Origin: Escherichia coli | GTDB lineage: Bacteria; Pseudomonadota; Gammaproteobacteria; Enterobacterales; Enterobacteriaceae | Strand: one strand, 5' to 3' | Assembly (NCBI RefSeq): GCF_030013595.1 | Contig: NZ_CP122768.1 | Length of the DNA stretch: 64,000 nucleotides | In this document: positions 32,825 to 42,413 of the stretch, in pieces | Layout: the number at the start of each line of letters is the position of its first letter | Position numbering within the stretch: position 1 is the stretch's first letter | Made by a program: the position numbers and the translations under genes | The notes under the pieces: generated by a model | Told to the model about the DNA's origin: nothing | The model's database searches: none | Seen by the model: the letters and a program-made list of their open reading frames with translations, nothing else

Positions 32825-32999
32825 CCTCACGCCCCCACCTAAAGACACATAACCAAATGTATTTATTGAAAAATAAATAGATACAACTCACTAAACCACG
32901 CAATTCTGATCTCTCCTTACATCGCCGAGGCGATACACCCACGCTAAAAAACAACACTATTAAATACAAAGCGTTATAAAAAATCACCCCATTTTAGAA

Positions 33000-33050
33000 C
33001 AAATTGTATTGACCCAATAAAGTACATATCGTACTATTTAACCGTCAGCA
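33000..33050 (+). promoter_or_regulatory. pL/OL region (TTGACC-N17-TACTAT; palindrome AGTACATATCGTACT)
   Basis: Promoter-like hexamers and operator-like palindrome upstream of nutL and N. Confidence 0.5.
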
Positions 33051-33083
33051 GGACGCTGTAAGCCAAACGGAGCAGACTGGCAG

Positions 33084-33129
33084 GCTCTTTAAACAACGTC
33101 GAACACTCGACTACGTGGCTGAAAAGCCA
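33084..33129 (+). promoter_or_regulatory. nutL: nutL: boxA (GCTCTTTAA) and boxB hairpin (TGGCT-GAAAA-GCCA)
   Basis: boxA consensus-like 33084-33092; 5-bp stem with GAAAA loop 33116-33129, upstream of N. Confidence 0.6.
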
Positions 33130-33227
33130 GATCACCCAACCATATAAGCTGTGGGATGCAATGCCGAAGCAACCGTCTCAGGAGGAGCTTCGAGATTGCA
33201 TCGCCAAAGTTTATTCGGGAGGAATCT

Positions 33228-33500
33228 ATGTCCAGAAAAACAGAATTTAAAGGCACCGCAGCTTCTCGCCGTAGAGCTCGTCGTGCAAACCTGCAAAGTC
33301 AGGAGGCGATCAGCTCTGACAAGCTACACAGGCCAACCCCTTCACGAGTGGTCTTACAATGCAAACGCAAACCAGTAATGAGAGCAGAAGTAATAACACT
33401 GACAACGTTGACCAGAAAATATGAAGGCTCAACTTGTCTTCCAAATGTAGCCATTTACGCGGCAGGCTACAGGAAATCCAAACAGCTGACAGCAAGATGA
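33228..33500 (+). CDS. N: N-type antiterminator (arginine-rich motif), non-λ allele
   Basis: 90 aa from MSRKTEFKGTAASRRRARRANL (ARM), GGGAGG RBS, downstream of nutL. Confidence 0.75.
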   Translation: MSRKTEFKGTAASRRRARRANLQSQEAISSDKLHRPTPSRVVLQCKRKPVMRAEVITLTTLTRKYEGSTCLPNVAIYAAGYRKSKQLTAR

Positions 33501-33558
33501 CTTGTGTTGGTCGCCAGAAAATGAAATTAGGCAGCAAACCACTTATTTGAGGTGAGAT

Positions 33559-33645
33559 ATGGAAGAAGAATTTGAAGAGTTCGAAGAGCATCCTCAGGAT
33601 GTGATGGAACAATACCAGGACTATCCGTATGACTACGACTATTGA
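33559..33645 (+). CDS. small highly acidic peptide (28 aa, MEEEFEEFEEHPQDVMEQYQDYPYDYDY)
   Basis: Short ORF with RBS-like GAGG upstream; overlaps ral start; coding status uncertain. Confidence 0.3.
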   Translation: MEEEFEEFEEHPQDVMEQYQDYPYDYDY

Positions 33646-33829
33646 TACAAATCAATGGTGTGGACAATTCAAACGATGCAATGGATGCAAGCTGCAATCG
33701 GAATGCATGGTTAAGCCTGAAGAAATGTTTCCTGTAATGGAAGATGGGAAATATGTCGATAAATGGGCAATACGAACGACGGCAATGATTGCCAGAGAAC
33801 TTGGTAAACAGAACAACAAAGCTGCCTGA
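33629..33829 (+). CDS. ral: Ral restriction alleviation protein
   Basis: 66 aa, λ Ral-like sequence. Confidence 0.85.
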   Translation: MTTTIDTNQWCGQFKRCNGCKLQSECMVKPEEMFPVMEDGKYVDKWAIRTTAMIARELGKQNNKAA

Positions 33830-33965
33830 TAGTGGCCTTTATTTTTGGCATAAATAACAGAATAAACACTGCACTGTGTATTCATTCCAACGAGTGAATA
33901 CACGGAGCAATGTCGCTCGTAACTAAACAGGAGCCGACTTGTTCTGATTATTGGAAATCTTCTTT

Positions 33966-33991
33966 GCCCTCCAGTGTGAGGGCGATTTTTT
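33966..33991 (+). terminator. rho-independent terminator (tL-type) upstream of ea10
   Basis: gccctc-cagtgt-gagggc hairpin followed by T-run. Confidence 0.55.
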
Positions 33992-34011
33992 ATCTATGAG
34001 GATATGAATAG

Positions 34012-34380
34012 ATGTCAAACATCAAAAAATACATCATTGATTACGACTGGAAAGCATCAATAGAAATTGAAATCGACCATGACTTAATGACAGAGGAAAA
34101 ACTTCACAAGATTAATAATTTCTGGTCAGACTCTGAATACCGACTCAATAAACACGGCTCTGTATTAAATGCTGTATTAATCATGCTGGCGCAACATGCT
34201 CTGCTTATAGCAATTTCAAGCGACTTAAATGCATATGGTGTTGTGTGTGAGTTCGACTGGAATGATGGAAATGGTCAGGAAGGATGGCCTACAATGGATG
34301 GTAGCGAAGGAATAAGAATTACCGATATCGATACATCAGGAATATTTGATTCAGATGATATGACTATCAAAGCCGCCTGA
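34012..34380 (+). CDS. ea10: Ea10-like early protein
   Basis: 122 aa ORF in λ ea10 position between ral and cIII. Confidence 0.65.
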   Translation: MSNIKKYIIDYDWKASIEIEIDHDLMTEEKLHKINNFWSDSEYRLNKHGSVLNAVLIMLAQHALLIAISSDLNAYGVVCEFDWNDGNGQEGWPTMDGSEGIRITDIDTSGIFDSDDMTIKAA

Positions 34381-34452
34381 GCGCGGCGTTACCGCATACC
34401 AATAACGCTTCACTCGAGGCGTTTTTCGTTATGTATAAATAAGGAGCACACC

Positions 34453-34617
34453 ATGCAATATGCCATTGCAGGGTGGCCTGTTGCTGGCTGCCCTTCCGAA
34501 TCTTTACTTGAACGAATCACCCGTAAATTACGTGACGGATGGAAACGCCTTATCGACATACTTAATCAGCCAGGAGTCCCAAAAAATGGATCAAACACTT
34601 ATGGCTATCCAGACTAA
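34453..34617 (+). CDS. cIII: CIII (FtsH inhibitor)
   Basis: 54 aa MQYAIAGWPVAGCPSESLLERITRKLRDGWKRL… as λ CIII. Confidence 0.9.
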   Translation: MQYAIAGWPVAGCPSESLLERITRKLRDGWKRLIDILNQPGVPKNGSNTYGYPD

Positions 34618-34729
34618 ATTCACTATCGCCACTTTTATTGGCGATGAAAAGATGTTTCGTGAAGCCGTCGACGCTTATAAAAAATGGATATTAATGCTGA
34701 AACTGAGATCAAGCAAAAGCATTCACTAA
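34586..34729 (+). CDS. kil: Kil (host cell division inhibitor)
   Basis: 47 aa [34 protein letters not shown]… overlapping cIII 3' end. Confidence 0.8.
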   Translation: MDQTLMAIQTKFTIATFIGDEKMFREAVDAYKKWILMLKLRSSKSIH

Positions 34730-34804
34730 CCCCCTTTCCTGTTTTCCTAATCAGCCTGGCATTTCGCGGGCGCTATTTTCACAGCCATTTTCAGGAGTTC
34801 AGCC

Positions 34805-35101
34805 ATGAACGCTTATTACATTCAGGATCGTCTTGAGGCTCAGAGCTGGGCGCGTCACTACCAGCAGATCGCCCGTGAAGAGAAAGAGGCAGAACTGGCA
34901 GACGACATGGAAAAAGGCCTGCCCCAGCACCTGTTTGAATCGCTATGCATCGATCATTTGCAACGCCACGGGGCCAGCAAAAAAGCCATTACCCGTGCGT
35001 TTGATGACGATGTTGAGTTTCAGGAGCGCATGGCAGAACACATCCGGTACATGGTTGAAACCATTGCTCACCACCAAGTTGATATTGATTCAGAGGTATA
35101 A
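34805..35101 (+). CDS. gam: Gam (RecBCD inhibitor), 98-aa short form only
   Basis: λ Gam core sequence from [21 protein letters not shown]; upstream extension is in another frame. Confidence 0.85.
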   Translation: MNAYYIQDRLEAQSWARHYQQIAREEKEAELADDMEKGLPQHLFESLCIDHLQRHGASKKAITRAFDDDVEFQERMAEHIRYMVETIAHHQVDIDSEV

Positions 35102-35106
35102 AACGG

Positions 35107-35892
35107 ATGAGTACAGCACTCGCAACGCTGGCAGGGAAGCTGGCTGAACGTGTCGGCATGGATTCTGTCGACCCACAGGAACTGATCACCACTCTTCGCC
35201 AGACGGCATTTAAAGGTGATGCCAGCGATGCGCAGTTCATCGCATTGTTGATCGTCGCCAACCAGTACGGCCTTAATCCGTGGACGAAAGAAATTTACGC
35301 CTTCCCTGATAAGCAGAACGGCATCGTTCCGGTGGTGGGCGTTGATGGCTGGTCCCGCATCATCAATGAAAACCAGCAGTTTGATGGCATGGACTTTGAG
35401 CAGGACAATGAATCCTGTACATGCCGGATTTACCGCAAGGACCGTAATCATCCGATCTGCGTTACCGAATGGATGGATGAATGCCGCCGCGAACCATTCA
35501 AAACTCGCGAAGGCAGAGAAATCACGGGGCCGTGGCAGTCGCATCCCAAACGGATGTTACGGCATAAAGCCATGATTCAGTGTGCCCGTCTGGCCTTCGG
35601 ATTTGCTGGTATCTATGACAAGGATGAAGCCGAGCGCATTGTCGAAAATACTGCATACACTGCAGAACGCCAGCCGGAACGCGACATCACTCCGGTTAAC
35701 GATGAAACCATGCAGGAGATTAACACTCTGCTGATCGCCCTGGATAAAACATGGGATGACGACTTATTGCCGCTCTGTTCCCAGATATTTCGCCGCGACA
35801 TTCGCGCATCGTCAGAACTGACACAGGCCGAAGCAGTGAAAGCTCTTGGATTCCTGAAACAGAAAGCCTCTGAACAGAAGGTGGCTGCATGA
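35107..35892 (+). CDS. bet: Bet (Redβ single-strand annealing protein)
   Basis: 261 aa λ Bet-like. Confidence 0.9.
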   Translation: MSTALATLAGKLAERVGMDSVDPQELITTLRQTAFKGDASDAQFIALLIVANQYGLNPWTKEIYAFPDKQNGIVPVVGVDGWSRIINENQQFDGMDFEQDNESCTCRIYRKDRNHPICVTEWMDECRREPFKTREGREITGPWQSHPKRMLRHKAMIQCARLAFGFAGIYDKDEAERIVENTAYTAERQPERDITPVNDETMQEINTLLIALDKTWDDDLLPLCSQIFRRDIRASSELTQAEAVKALGFLKQKASEQKVAA

Positions 35893-36569
35893 CACCGGAC
35901 ATTATCCTGCAGCGTACCGGGATCGACGTGAGAGCTGTCGAACAGGGGGATGATGCGTGGCACAAATTACGGCTCGGCGTCATCACCGCTTCAGAAGTTC
36001 ACAATGTGATAGCAAAACCCCGCTCCGGAAAGAAATGGCCTGACATGAAAATGTCCTACTTCCACACCCTGCTTGCCGAGGTTTGCACCGGTGTGGCTCC
36101 GGAAGTTAACGCTAAGGCGCTGGCCTGGGGAAAACAGTACGAGAACGACGCCAGAGCCCTCTTTGAGTTCACTTCCGGCGTGAATGTTACTGAATCCCCG
36201 ATCATCTATCGCGACGAAAGTATGCGCACCGCCTGCTCTCCCGATGGTTTATGCAGTGACGGCAACGGCCTTGAACTGAAATGCCCGTTTACCTCCCGGG
36301 ATTTCATGAAATTCCGGCTCGGTGGTTTCGAGGCCATAAAGTCGGCTTACATGGCCCAGGTGCAGTACAGCATGTGGGTGACGCGAAAAGATGCCTGGTA
36401 CTTTGCCAACTATGACCCACGAATGAAGCGTGAAGGCCTGCATTATGTCGTGGTTGAGCGGGATGAAAATTACATGGCGAGTTTTGACGAGATGGTGCCG
36501 GAGTTCATCGAAAAAATGGACGAGGCACTGGCTGAAATTGGTTTTGTATTTGGGGAGCAATGGCGATGA
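35889..36569 (+). CDS. exo: Exo (λ 5'-3' exonuclease)
   Basis: 226 aa λ Exo-like. Confidence 0.9.
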   Translation: MTPDIILQRTGIDVRAVEQGDDAWHKLRLGVITASEVHNVIAKPRSGKKWPDMKMSYFHTLLAEVCTGVAPEVNAKALAWGKQYENDARALFEFTSGVNVTESPIIYRDESMRTACSPDGLCSDGNGLELKCPFTSRDFMKFRLGGFEAIKSAYMAQVQYSMWVTRKDAWYFANYDPRMKREGLHYVVVERDENYMASFDEMVPEFIEKMDEALAEIGFVFGEQWR

Positions 36570-36748
36570 AGCATCCTCACGATAATATCCGGGTAGGTGC
36601 GATCACTTTCGTCTACTCCGTTACAAAGCGAGGCTGGGTATTTCCCGGCCTTTCTGTTACCCGAAATCCCCTGAAAGCACAGCGGCTGGCTGAGGAGATA
36701 AATAATAAACGGGGAGCTGTATGCACAAAGCATCTCCTGTTGAGTTAA
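36560..36748 (+). CDS. small early protein (orf60a-like)
   Basis: 62-aa ORF in λ position after exo. Confidence 0.55.
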   Translation: MAMKHPHDNIRVGAITFVYSVTKRGWVFPGLSVTRNPLKAQRLAEEINNKRGAVCTKHLLLS

Positions 36749-36912
36749 GAACGAGCATTGAGATGGCACATAGCCTCGCTCAAATTGGAGTCAGGTTTGT
36801 GCCAATACCAGTAGAAACAGACGAAGAATTTCATACGTTAGCCGCATCCCTTTCACAAAAGCTGGAAATGATGGTGGCGAAAGCAGAAGCAGATGAGAGA
36901 GACCAGGTATGA
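36721..36912 (+). CDS. small early protein (orf63-like)
   Basis: 63-aa ORF, λ-like order. Confidence 0.55.
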   Translation: MHKASPVELRTSIEMAHSLAQIGVRFVPIPVETDEEFHTLAASLSQKLEMMVAKAEADERDQV

Positions 36913-36988
36913 CAACCACTGAATGCATTTTTCTGGCAGCGGGCTTCATATTCTGTGTGCTTATGCTTGCCGACATGGGACTTGTTCA

Positions 36989-37204
36989 ATGACACATCAG
37001 CAAGAAAACGCCCTTCGCAGTATTGCCCGTCAGGCTAATTCTGAAATCAAAAAAGCCAGACAGCAGTTTCCGGATAAAAACGTCGATGACATTTGCCGTA
37101 GCGTACTGAAGAAGCACCGCGAAACGGTAACGCTGATGGGATTCACACCGACTCATTTAAGCCTGGCGATCGGCATGTTAAACGGCGTCTTTAAGGAACG
37201 GTGA
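36989..37204 (+). CDS. small early protein (orf61-like)
   Basis: Start at MTHQQENALRSIARQ; λ-like order. Confidence 0.5.
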   Translation: MTHQQENALRSIARQANSEIKKARQQFPDKNVDDICRSVLKKHRETVTLMGFTPTHLSLAIGMLNGVFKER

Positions 37205-37302
37205 GCATGAAAAACAAAATCATCATGGAGCTACAGGCTCCTTTTTTATTATTCGCATTCACCCTCAAGCGTATTAACCAACAATTCAGGGATTAATGAA
37301 AG

Positions 37303-37524
37303 ATGGCAGACATCATTGATTCAGCATCAGAAATTGAAGAATTACAGCGCAACACAGCAATAAAAATGCGCCGCCTGAACCACCAGGCTATATCTGCCAC
37401 TCATTGTTGTGAGTGTGGCGATCCGATAGATGAACGAAGACGCTTGGCCGTTCAGGGTTGTCGGACTTGTGCAAGTTGCCAGGAGGATCTGGAACTTATC
37501 AGTAAACAGAGAGGTTCGAAGTGA
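37303..37524 (+). CDS. TraR/DksA-family zinc-finger protein (λ orf73-like)
   Basis: 73 aa with CxxC…CxxC C4 zinc finger typical of TraR-like RNAP-binding proteins. Confidence 0.7.
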   Translation: MADIIDSASEIEELQRNTAIKMRRLNHQAISATHCCECGDPIDERRRLAVQGCRTCASCQEDLELISKQRGSK

Positions 37525-38069
37525 GCGAAATTAACTCTCAGGCACTGCGTGAAGCGGCAGAGCAGGCAATGCATGACGACTGGGGATTTGACGCAGACCT
37601 TTTCCATGAATTGGTAACACCATCGATTGTGCTGGAACTGCTGGATGAACGGGAAAGAAACCAGCAATACATCAAACGCCGCGACCAGGAGAACGAGGAT
37701 ATTGCGCTAACAGTAGGGAAACTGCGTGTTGAGCTTGAAACAGCAAAATCAAAACTCAACGAGCAGCGTGAGTATTACGAAGGTGTTATCTCGGATGGGA
37801 GTAAGCGTATTGCTAAACTGGAAAGCAACGAAGTCCGTGAAGACGGAAACCAGTTTCTTGTTGTTCGCCATCCTGGGAAGACTCCTGTTATCAAGCACTG
37901 CACTGGTGACCTGGAAGAGTTTCTGCGGCAGTTAATCGAACAAGACCCGTTAGTAACTATCGACATCATTACGCATCGCTATTACGGGGTTGGAGGTCAA
38001 TGGGTTCAGGATGCAGGTGAGTATCTGCATATGATGTCTGACGCTGGCATTCGCATCAAAGGAGAGTGA
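37521..38069 (+). CDS. ea22: Ea22-like protein
   Basis: 182 aa, λ position and size. Confidence 0.75.
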   Translation: MSEINSQALREAAEQAMHDDWGFDADLFHELVTPSIVLELLDERERNQQYIKRRDQENEDIALTVGKLRVELETAKSKLNEQREYYEGVISDGSKRIAKLESNEVREDGNQFLVVRHPGKTPVIKHCTGDLEEFLRQLIEQDPLVTIDIITHRYYGVGGQWVQDAGEYLHMMSDAGIRIKGE

Positions 38070-38260
38070 GATCGGTTTTGTAAAAGATAACGCTTGTGAA
38101 AATGCTGAATTTCGCGTCGTCTTCACAGCGATGCCAGAGTCTGTAGTGTCAGATGATGACCGTACTCAAACATCGGGTTGAGTATTATCTTACTGTTTCT
38201 TTACATAAACATTGCTGATACCGTTTAGCTGAAACGACATACATTGCAAGGAGTTTATAA

Positions 38261-38542
38261 ATGAGTATCAATGAGTTAGAGTCTGAGCAAAAAGATTGGG
38301 CGTTATCAATGTTGTGCAGATCCGGTGTCTTGTCTCCATGCAGACATCACGAAGGTGTTTATGTAGATGAAGGTATAGATATAGAGTCGGCATACAAATA
38401 TTCCATGAAGGTTTATAAGTCTAATGAAGACAAATCCCCATTCTGCAATGTGCGAGAAATGACTGATACCGTGCAAAATTATTATCACGAGTACGGTGGA
38501 AACGATACTTGCCCTCTCTGTACAAAACATATAGATGATTAA
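38261..38542 (+). CDS. ea8.5: Ea8.5-like protein
   Basis: 93 aa, Cys/His-rich, λ position and size. Confidence 0.75.
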   Translation: MSINELESEQKDWALSMLCRSGVLSPCRHHEGVYVDEGIDIESAYKYSMKVYKSNEDKSPFCNVREMTDTVQNYYHEYGGNDTCPLCTKHIDD

Positions 38543-38630
38543 ACCCAATATTACATAACAATCCTCGCACTCGCGGGGATTTATTTTATCTGAACTCGCT
38601 ACGGCGGGTTTTGTTTTATGGAGATGATAA

Positions 38631-38798
38631 ATGCACTTCCGAGTCACAGGAGAATGGAATGGAGAGCCATTCAACAGAGTTATCGAAGCGGAGAACATCA
38701 ACGACTGCTACGACCACTGGATGATATGGGCGCAGATAGCACATGCAGACATAACCAATATTCGAATTGAAGAACTGAAAGAACACCAAGCCGCCTGA
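38631..38798 (+). CDS. small protein (orf55-like)
   Basis: 55-aa ORF just upstream of xis. Confidence 0.5.
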   Translation: MHFRVTGEWNGEPFNRVIEAENINDCYDHWMIWAQIAHADITNIRIEELKEHQAA

Positions 38799-38811
38799 TG
38801 GCGGTTTTTTC
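38791..38811 (+). terminator. hairpin + T-run between orf55 and xis
   Basis: ccgcc-tgat-ggcgg followed by TTTTTT. Confidence 0.5.
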
Positions 38812-38837
38812 TTGCGTGTAATTGCGGAGACTTTGCG

Positions 38838-39056
38838 ATGTACTTGACACTTCAGGAGTGGAACGCTCGCCAGCGACGCCCAAGAAGCCTTGAAACAGTT
38901 CGTCGATGGGTGCGCGAATGCAGGATATTCCCTCCTCCGGTTAAGGATGGAAGAGAATATCTGTTCCACGAATCAGCGGTAAAGGTTGACTTAAATCGAC
39001 CAGTAACAGGTAGCCTTTTGAAGAGGATCAGAAATGGGAAGAAGGCGAAGTCATGA
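38838..39056 (+). CDS. xis: excisionase Xis
   Basis: 72 aa λ Xis-like (MYLTLQEWNARQRRPRSLETVRRW…). Confidence 0.9.
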   Translation: MYLTLQEWNARQRRPRSLETVRRWVRECRIFPPPVKDGREYLFHESAVKVDLNRPVTGSLLKRIRNGKKAKS

Positions 39057-40104
39057 GCGCCGGGATTTACCCCCTAACCTTTATATAAGAAACAATGGAT
39101 ATTACTGCTACAGGGACCCAAGGACGGGTAAAGAGTTTGGATTAGGCAGAGACAGGCGAATCGCAATCACTGAAGCCATACAGGCCAACATTGAGTTATT
39201 TTCAGGACACAAACACAAGCCTCTGACAGCGAGAATCAACAGTGATAATTCCGTTACGTTACATTCATGGCTTGATCGCTACGAAAAAATCCTGGCCAGC
39301 AGAGGAATCAAGCAGAAGACACTCATAAATTACATGAGCAAAATTAAAGCAATAAGGAGGGGTCTGCCTGATGCTCCACTTGAAGACATCACCACAAAAG
39401 AAATTGCGGCAATGCTCAATGGATACATAGACGAGGGCAAGGCGGCGTCAGCCAAGTTAATCAGATCAACACTGAGCGATGCATTCCGAGAGGCAATAGC
39501 TGAAGGCCATATAACAACAAACCCTGTCGCTGCCACTCGCGCAGCAAAATCAGAGGTAAGGAGATCAAGACTTACGGCTGACGAATACCTGAAAATTTAT
39601 CAAGCAGCAGAATCATCACCATGTTGGCTCAGACTTGCAATGGAACTGGCTGTTGTTACCGGGCAACGAGTTGGTGATTTATGCGAAATGAAGTGGTCTG
39701 ATATCGTAGATGGATATCTTTATGTCGAGCAAAGCAAAACAGGCGTAAAAATTGCCATCCCAACAACATTGCATGTTGATGCTCTCGGGATATCAATGAA
39801 GGAAACACTTGATAAATGCAAAGAGATTCTTGGCGGAGAAACCATAATTGCATCTACTCGTCGTGAACCGCTTTCATCCGGCACAGTATCAAGGTATTTT
39901 ATGCGCGCACGAAAAGCATCAGGTCTTTCCTTCGAAGGGGATCCGCCTACCTTTCACGAGTTGCGCAGTTTGTCTGCAAGACTCTATGAGAAGCAGATAA
40001 GCGATAAGTTTGCTCAACATCTTCTCGGGCATAAGTCGGACACCATGGCATCACAGTATCGTGATGACAGAGGCAGGGAGTGGGACAAAATTGAAATCAA
40101 ATAA
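39034..40104 (+). CDS. int: tyrosine integrase Int
   Basis: 356 aa λ Int-like with C-terminal R…HxxR…Y catalytic region. Confidence 0.9.
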   Translation: MGRRRSHERRDLPPNLYIRNNGYYCYRDPRTGKEFGLGRDRRIAITEAIQANIELFSGHKHKPLTARINSDNSVTLHSWLDRYEKILASRGIKQKTLINYMSKIKAIRRGLPDAPLEDITTKEIAAMLNGYIDEGKAASAKLIRSTLSDAFREAIAEGHITTNPVAATRAAKSEVRRSRLTADEYLKIYQAAESSPCWLRLAMELAVVTGQRVGDLCEMKWSDIVDGYLYVEQSKTGVKIAIPTTLHVDALGISMKETLDKCKEILGGETIIASTRREPLSSGTVSRYFMRARKASGLSFEGDPPTFHELRSLSARLYEKQISDKFAQHLLGHKSDTMASQYRDDRGREWDKIEIK

Positions 40105-40177
40105 TGATTTTATTTTGACTGATAGTGACCTGTTCGTTGCAACAAATTGATAAGCAATGCTTTTTTATAATGCCAAC

Positions 40178-40192
40178 TTAGTATAAAAAAGC
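40178..40192. other. attL: attL core (15-bp GCTTTTTTATACTAA, reverse orientation) at prophage/chromosome junction
   Basis: ttagtataaaaaagc flanked by λ P'-arm sequence on the int side and attB-like CCTGC on the ybhC side. Confidence 0.8.
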
Positions 40193-40238
40193 AGGCTTCA
40201 ACGGATTCATTTTTCTATTTCATAGCCCGGAGCAACCT

Positions 40239-41522
40239 GTGAACACATTTTCAGTTTCCCGTCTGGCGCTGGCATTGGCTTTTGGCGTGACGCTGACCGC
40301 CTGTAGCTCAACACCGCCCGATCAACGTCCTTCTGATCAAACCGCGCCTGGTACCTCTTCTCGCCCGATTCTGTCGGCAAAAGAAGCGCAGAATTTCGAT
40401 GCTCAACACTATTTTGCATCCCTGACACCAGGTGCGGCAGCGTGGAATCCTTCCCCGATTACCCTGCCTGCGCAACCTGACTTTGTTGTCGGCCCGGCGG
40501 GTACTCAAGGTGTAACGCATACCACGATTCAGGCGGCGGTAGATGCGGCAATTATCAAGCGCACCAACAAGCGCCAGTATATTGCCGTGATGCCTGGTGA
40601 GTATCAGGGAACGGTGTATGTCCCTGCCGCTCCGGGTGGAATTACTCTGTACGGTACAGGTGAAAAACCGATTGATGTGAAGATTGGGCTTTCCCTTGAT
40701 GGTGGCATGAGCCCTGCCGACTGGCGTCACGACGTCAACCCGCGCGGCAAATATATGCCAGGTAAACCGGCGTGGTATATGTACGATAGCTGCCAGAGCA
40801 AACGCAGCGACAGTATCGGCGTTCTCTGCTCTGCGGTCTTCTGGTCACAAAACAATGGCCTGCAACTGCAAAACCTGACCATCGAAAACACGCTGGGCGA
40901 TAGCGTAGATGCGGGTAACCATCCGGCGGTGGCACTGCGTACTGATGGCGACAAAGTGCAGATCAATAACGTCAACATTCTCGGTCGTCAGAACACCTTC
41001 TTTGTCACCAACAGCGGTGTGCAGAACCGTCTGGAAACCAACCGTCAGCCGCGTACTCTGGTGACCAACAGTTACATTGAAGGGGATGTGGATATCGTTT
41101 CTGGTCGCGGCGCAGTGGTGTTCGATAACACCGAATTCCGCGTGGTGAACTCACGTACTCAGCAAGAAGCGTATGTGTTTGCACCGGCAACACTGTCTAA
41201 CATCTATTACGGTTTCCTCGCCGTAAACAGCCGTTTCAATGCTTCCGGTGATGGCGTGGCGCAACTGGGCCGCTCGCTGGATGTTGATGCCAATACCAAC
41301 GGTCAGGTGGTGATCCGTGATAGCGCCATCAACGAAGGTTTTAACACAGCCAAACCGTGGGCTGATGCGGTGATCTCTAATCGTCCGTTTGCGGGTAACA
41401 CCGGCAGCGTTGATGATAACGACGAAGTACAGCGTAATCTGAATGACACTAACTACAACCGCATGTGGGAATACAATAACCGCGGCGTGGGTAGCAAAGT
41501 GGTTGCAGAGGCGAAGAAGTAA
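40239..41522 (+). CDS. ybhC: YbhC (pectinesterase-fold outer-membrane lipoprotein / acyl-CoA thioesterase)
   Basis: 427 aa, lipoprotein signal (LTAC), known neighbour of attλ in E. coli. Confidence 0.85.
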   Translation: MNTFSVSRLALALAFGVTLTACSSTPPDQRPSDQTAPGTSSRPILSAKEAQNFDAQHYFASLTPGAAAWNPSPITLPAQPDFVVGPAGTQGVTHTTIQAAVDAAIIKRTNKRQYIAVMPGEYQGTVYVPAAPGGITLYGTGEKPIDVKIGLSLDGGMSPADWRHDVNPRGKYMPGKPAWYMYDSCQSKRSDSIGVLCSAVFWSQNNGLQLQNLTIENTLGDSVDAGNHPAVALRTDGDKVQINNVNILGRQNTFFVTNSGVQNRLETNRQPRTLVTNSYIEGDVDIVSGRGAVVFDNTEFRVVNSRTQQEAYVFAPATLSNIYYGFLAVNSRFNASGDGVAQLGRSLDVDANTNGQVVIRDSAINEGFNTAKPWADAVISNRPFAGNTGSVDDNDEVQRNLNDTNYNRMWEYNNRGVGSKVVAEAKK

Positions 41523-41552
41523 GAGCTATTAACTATTTGCCGGATGCGGCGT

Positions 41553-42309
<757 letters not shown>

Positions 42310-42413
42310 ATCAGCATACTTGTCCTTAGCCTTCTGCAGTGACAGCTGGTAGTACAGCGTGCTTCTGGCCAGCCCTGCAGCCTTTAACAGGTCAGACTGG
42401 CAGTGTCCGCACC

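Noticed and set aside
33310-33903. Minus-strand ORFs (100 aa hydrophobic; 83 aa) overlapping N and ral
   Set aside because: I considered a sieB-like exclusion gene antisense to the pL operon, but both frames fully overlap well-supported genes and have no RBS or promoter I could see; treated as antisense artefacts.
36909-36992. 27-codon hydrophobic ORF (MTTTECIFLAAGFIFCVLMLADMGLVQ) between orf63-like and orf61-like genes
   Set aside because: Could be a small membrane peptide, but it is very short and overlaps the neighbouring start; insufficient evidence to call.
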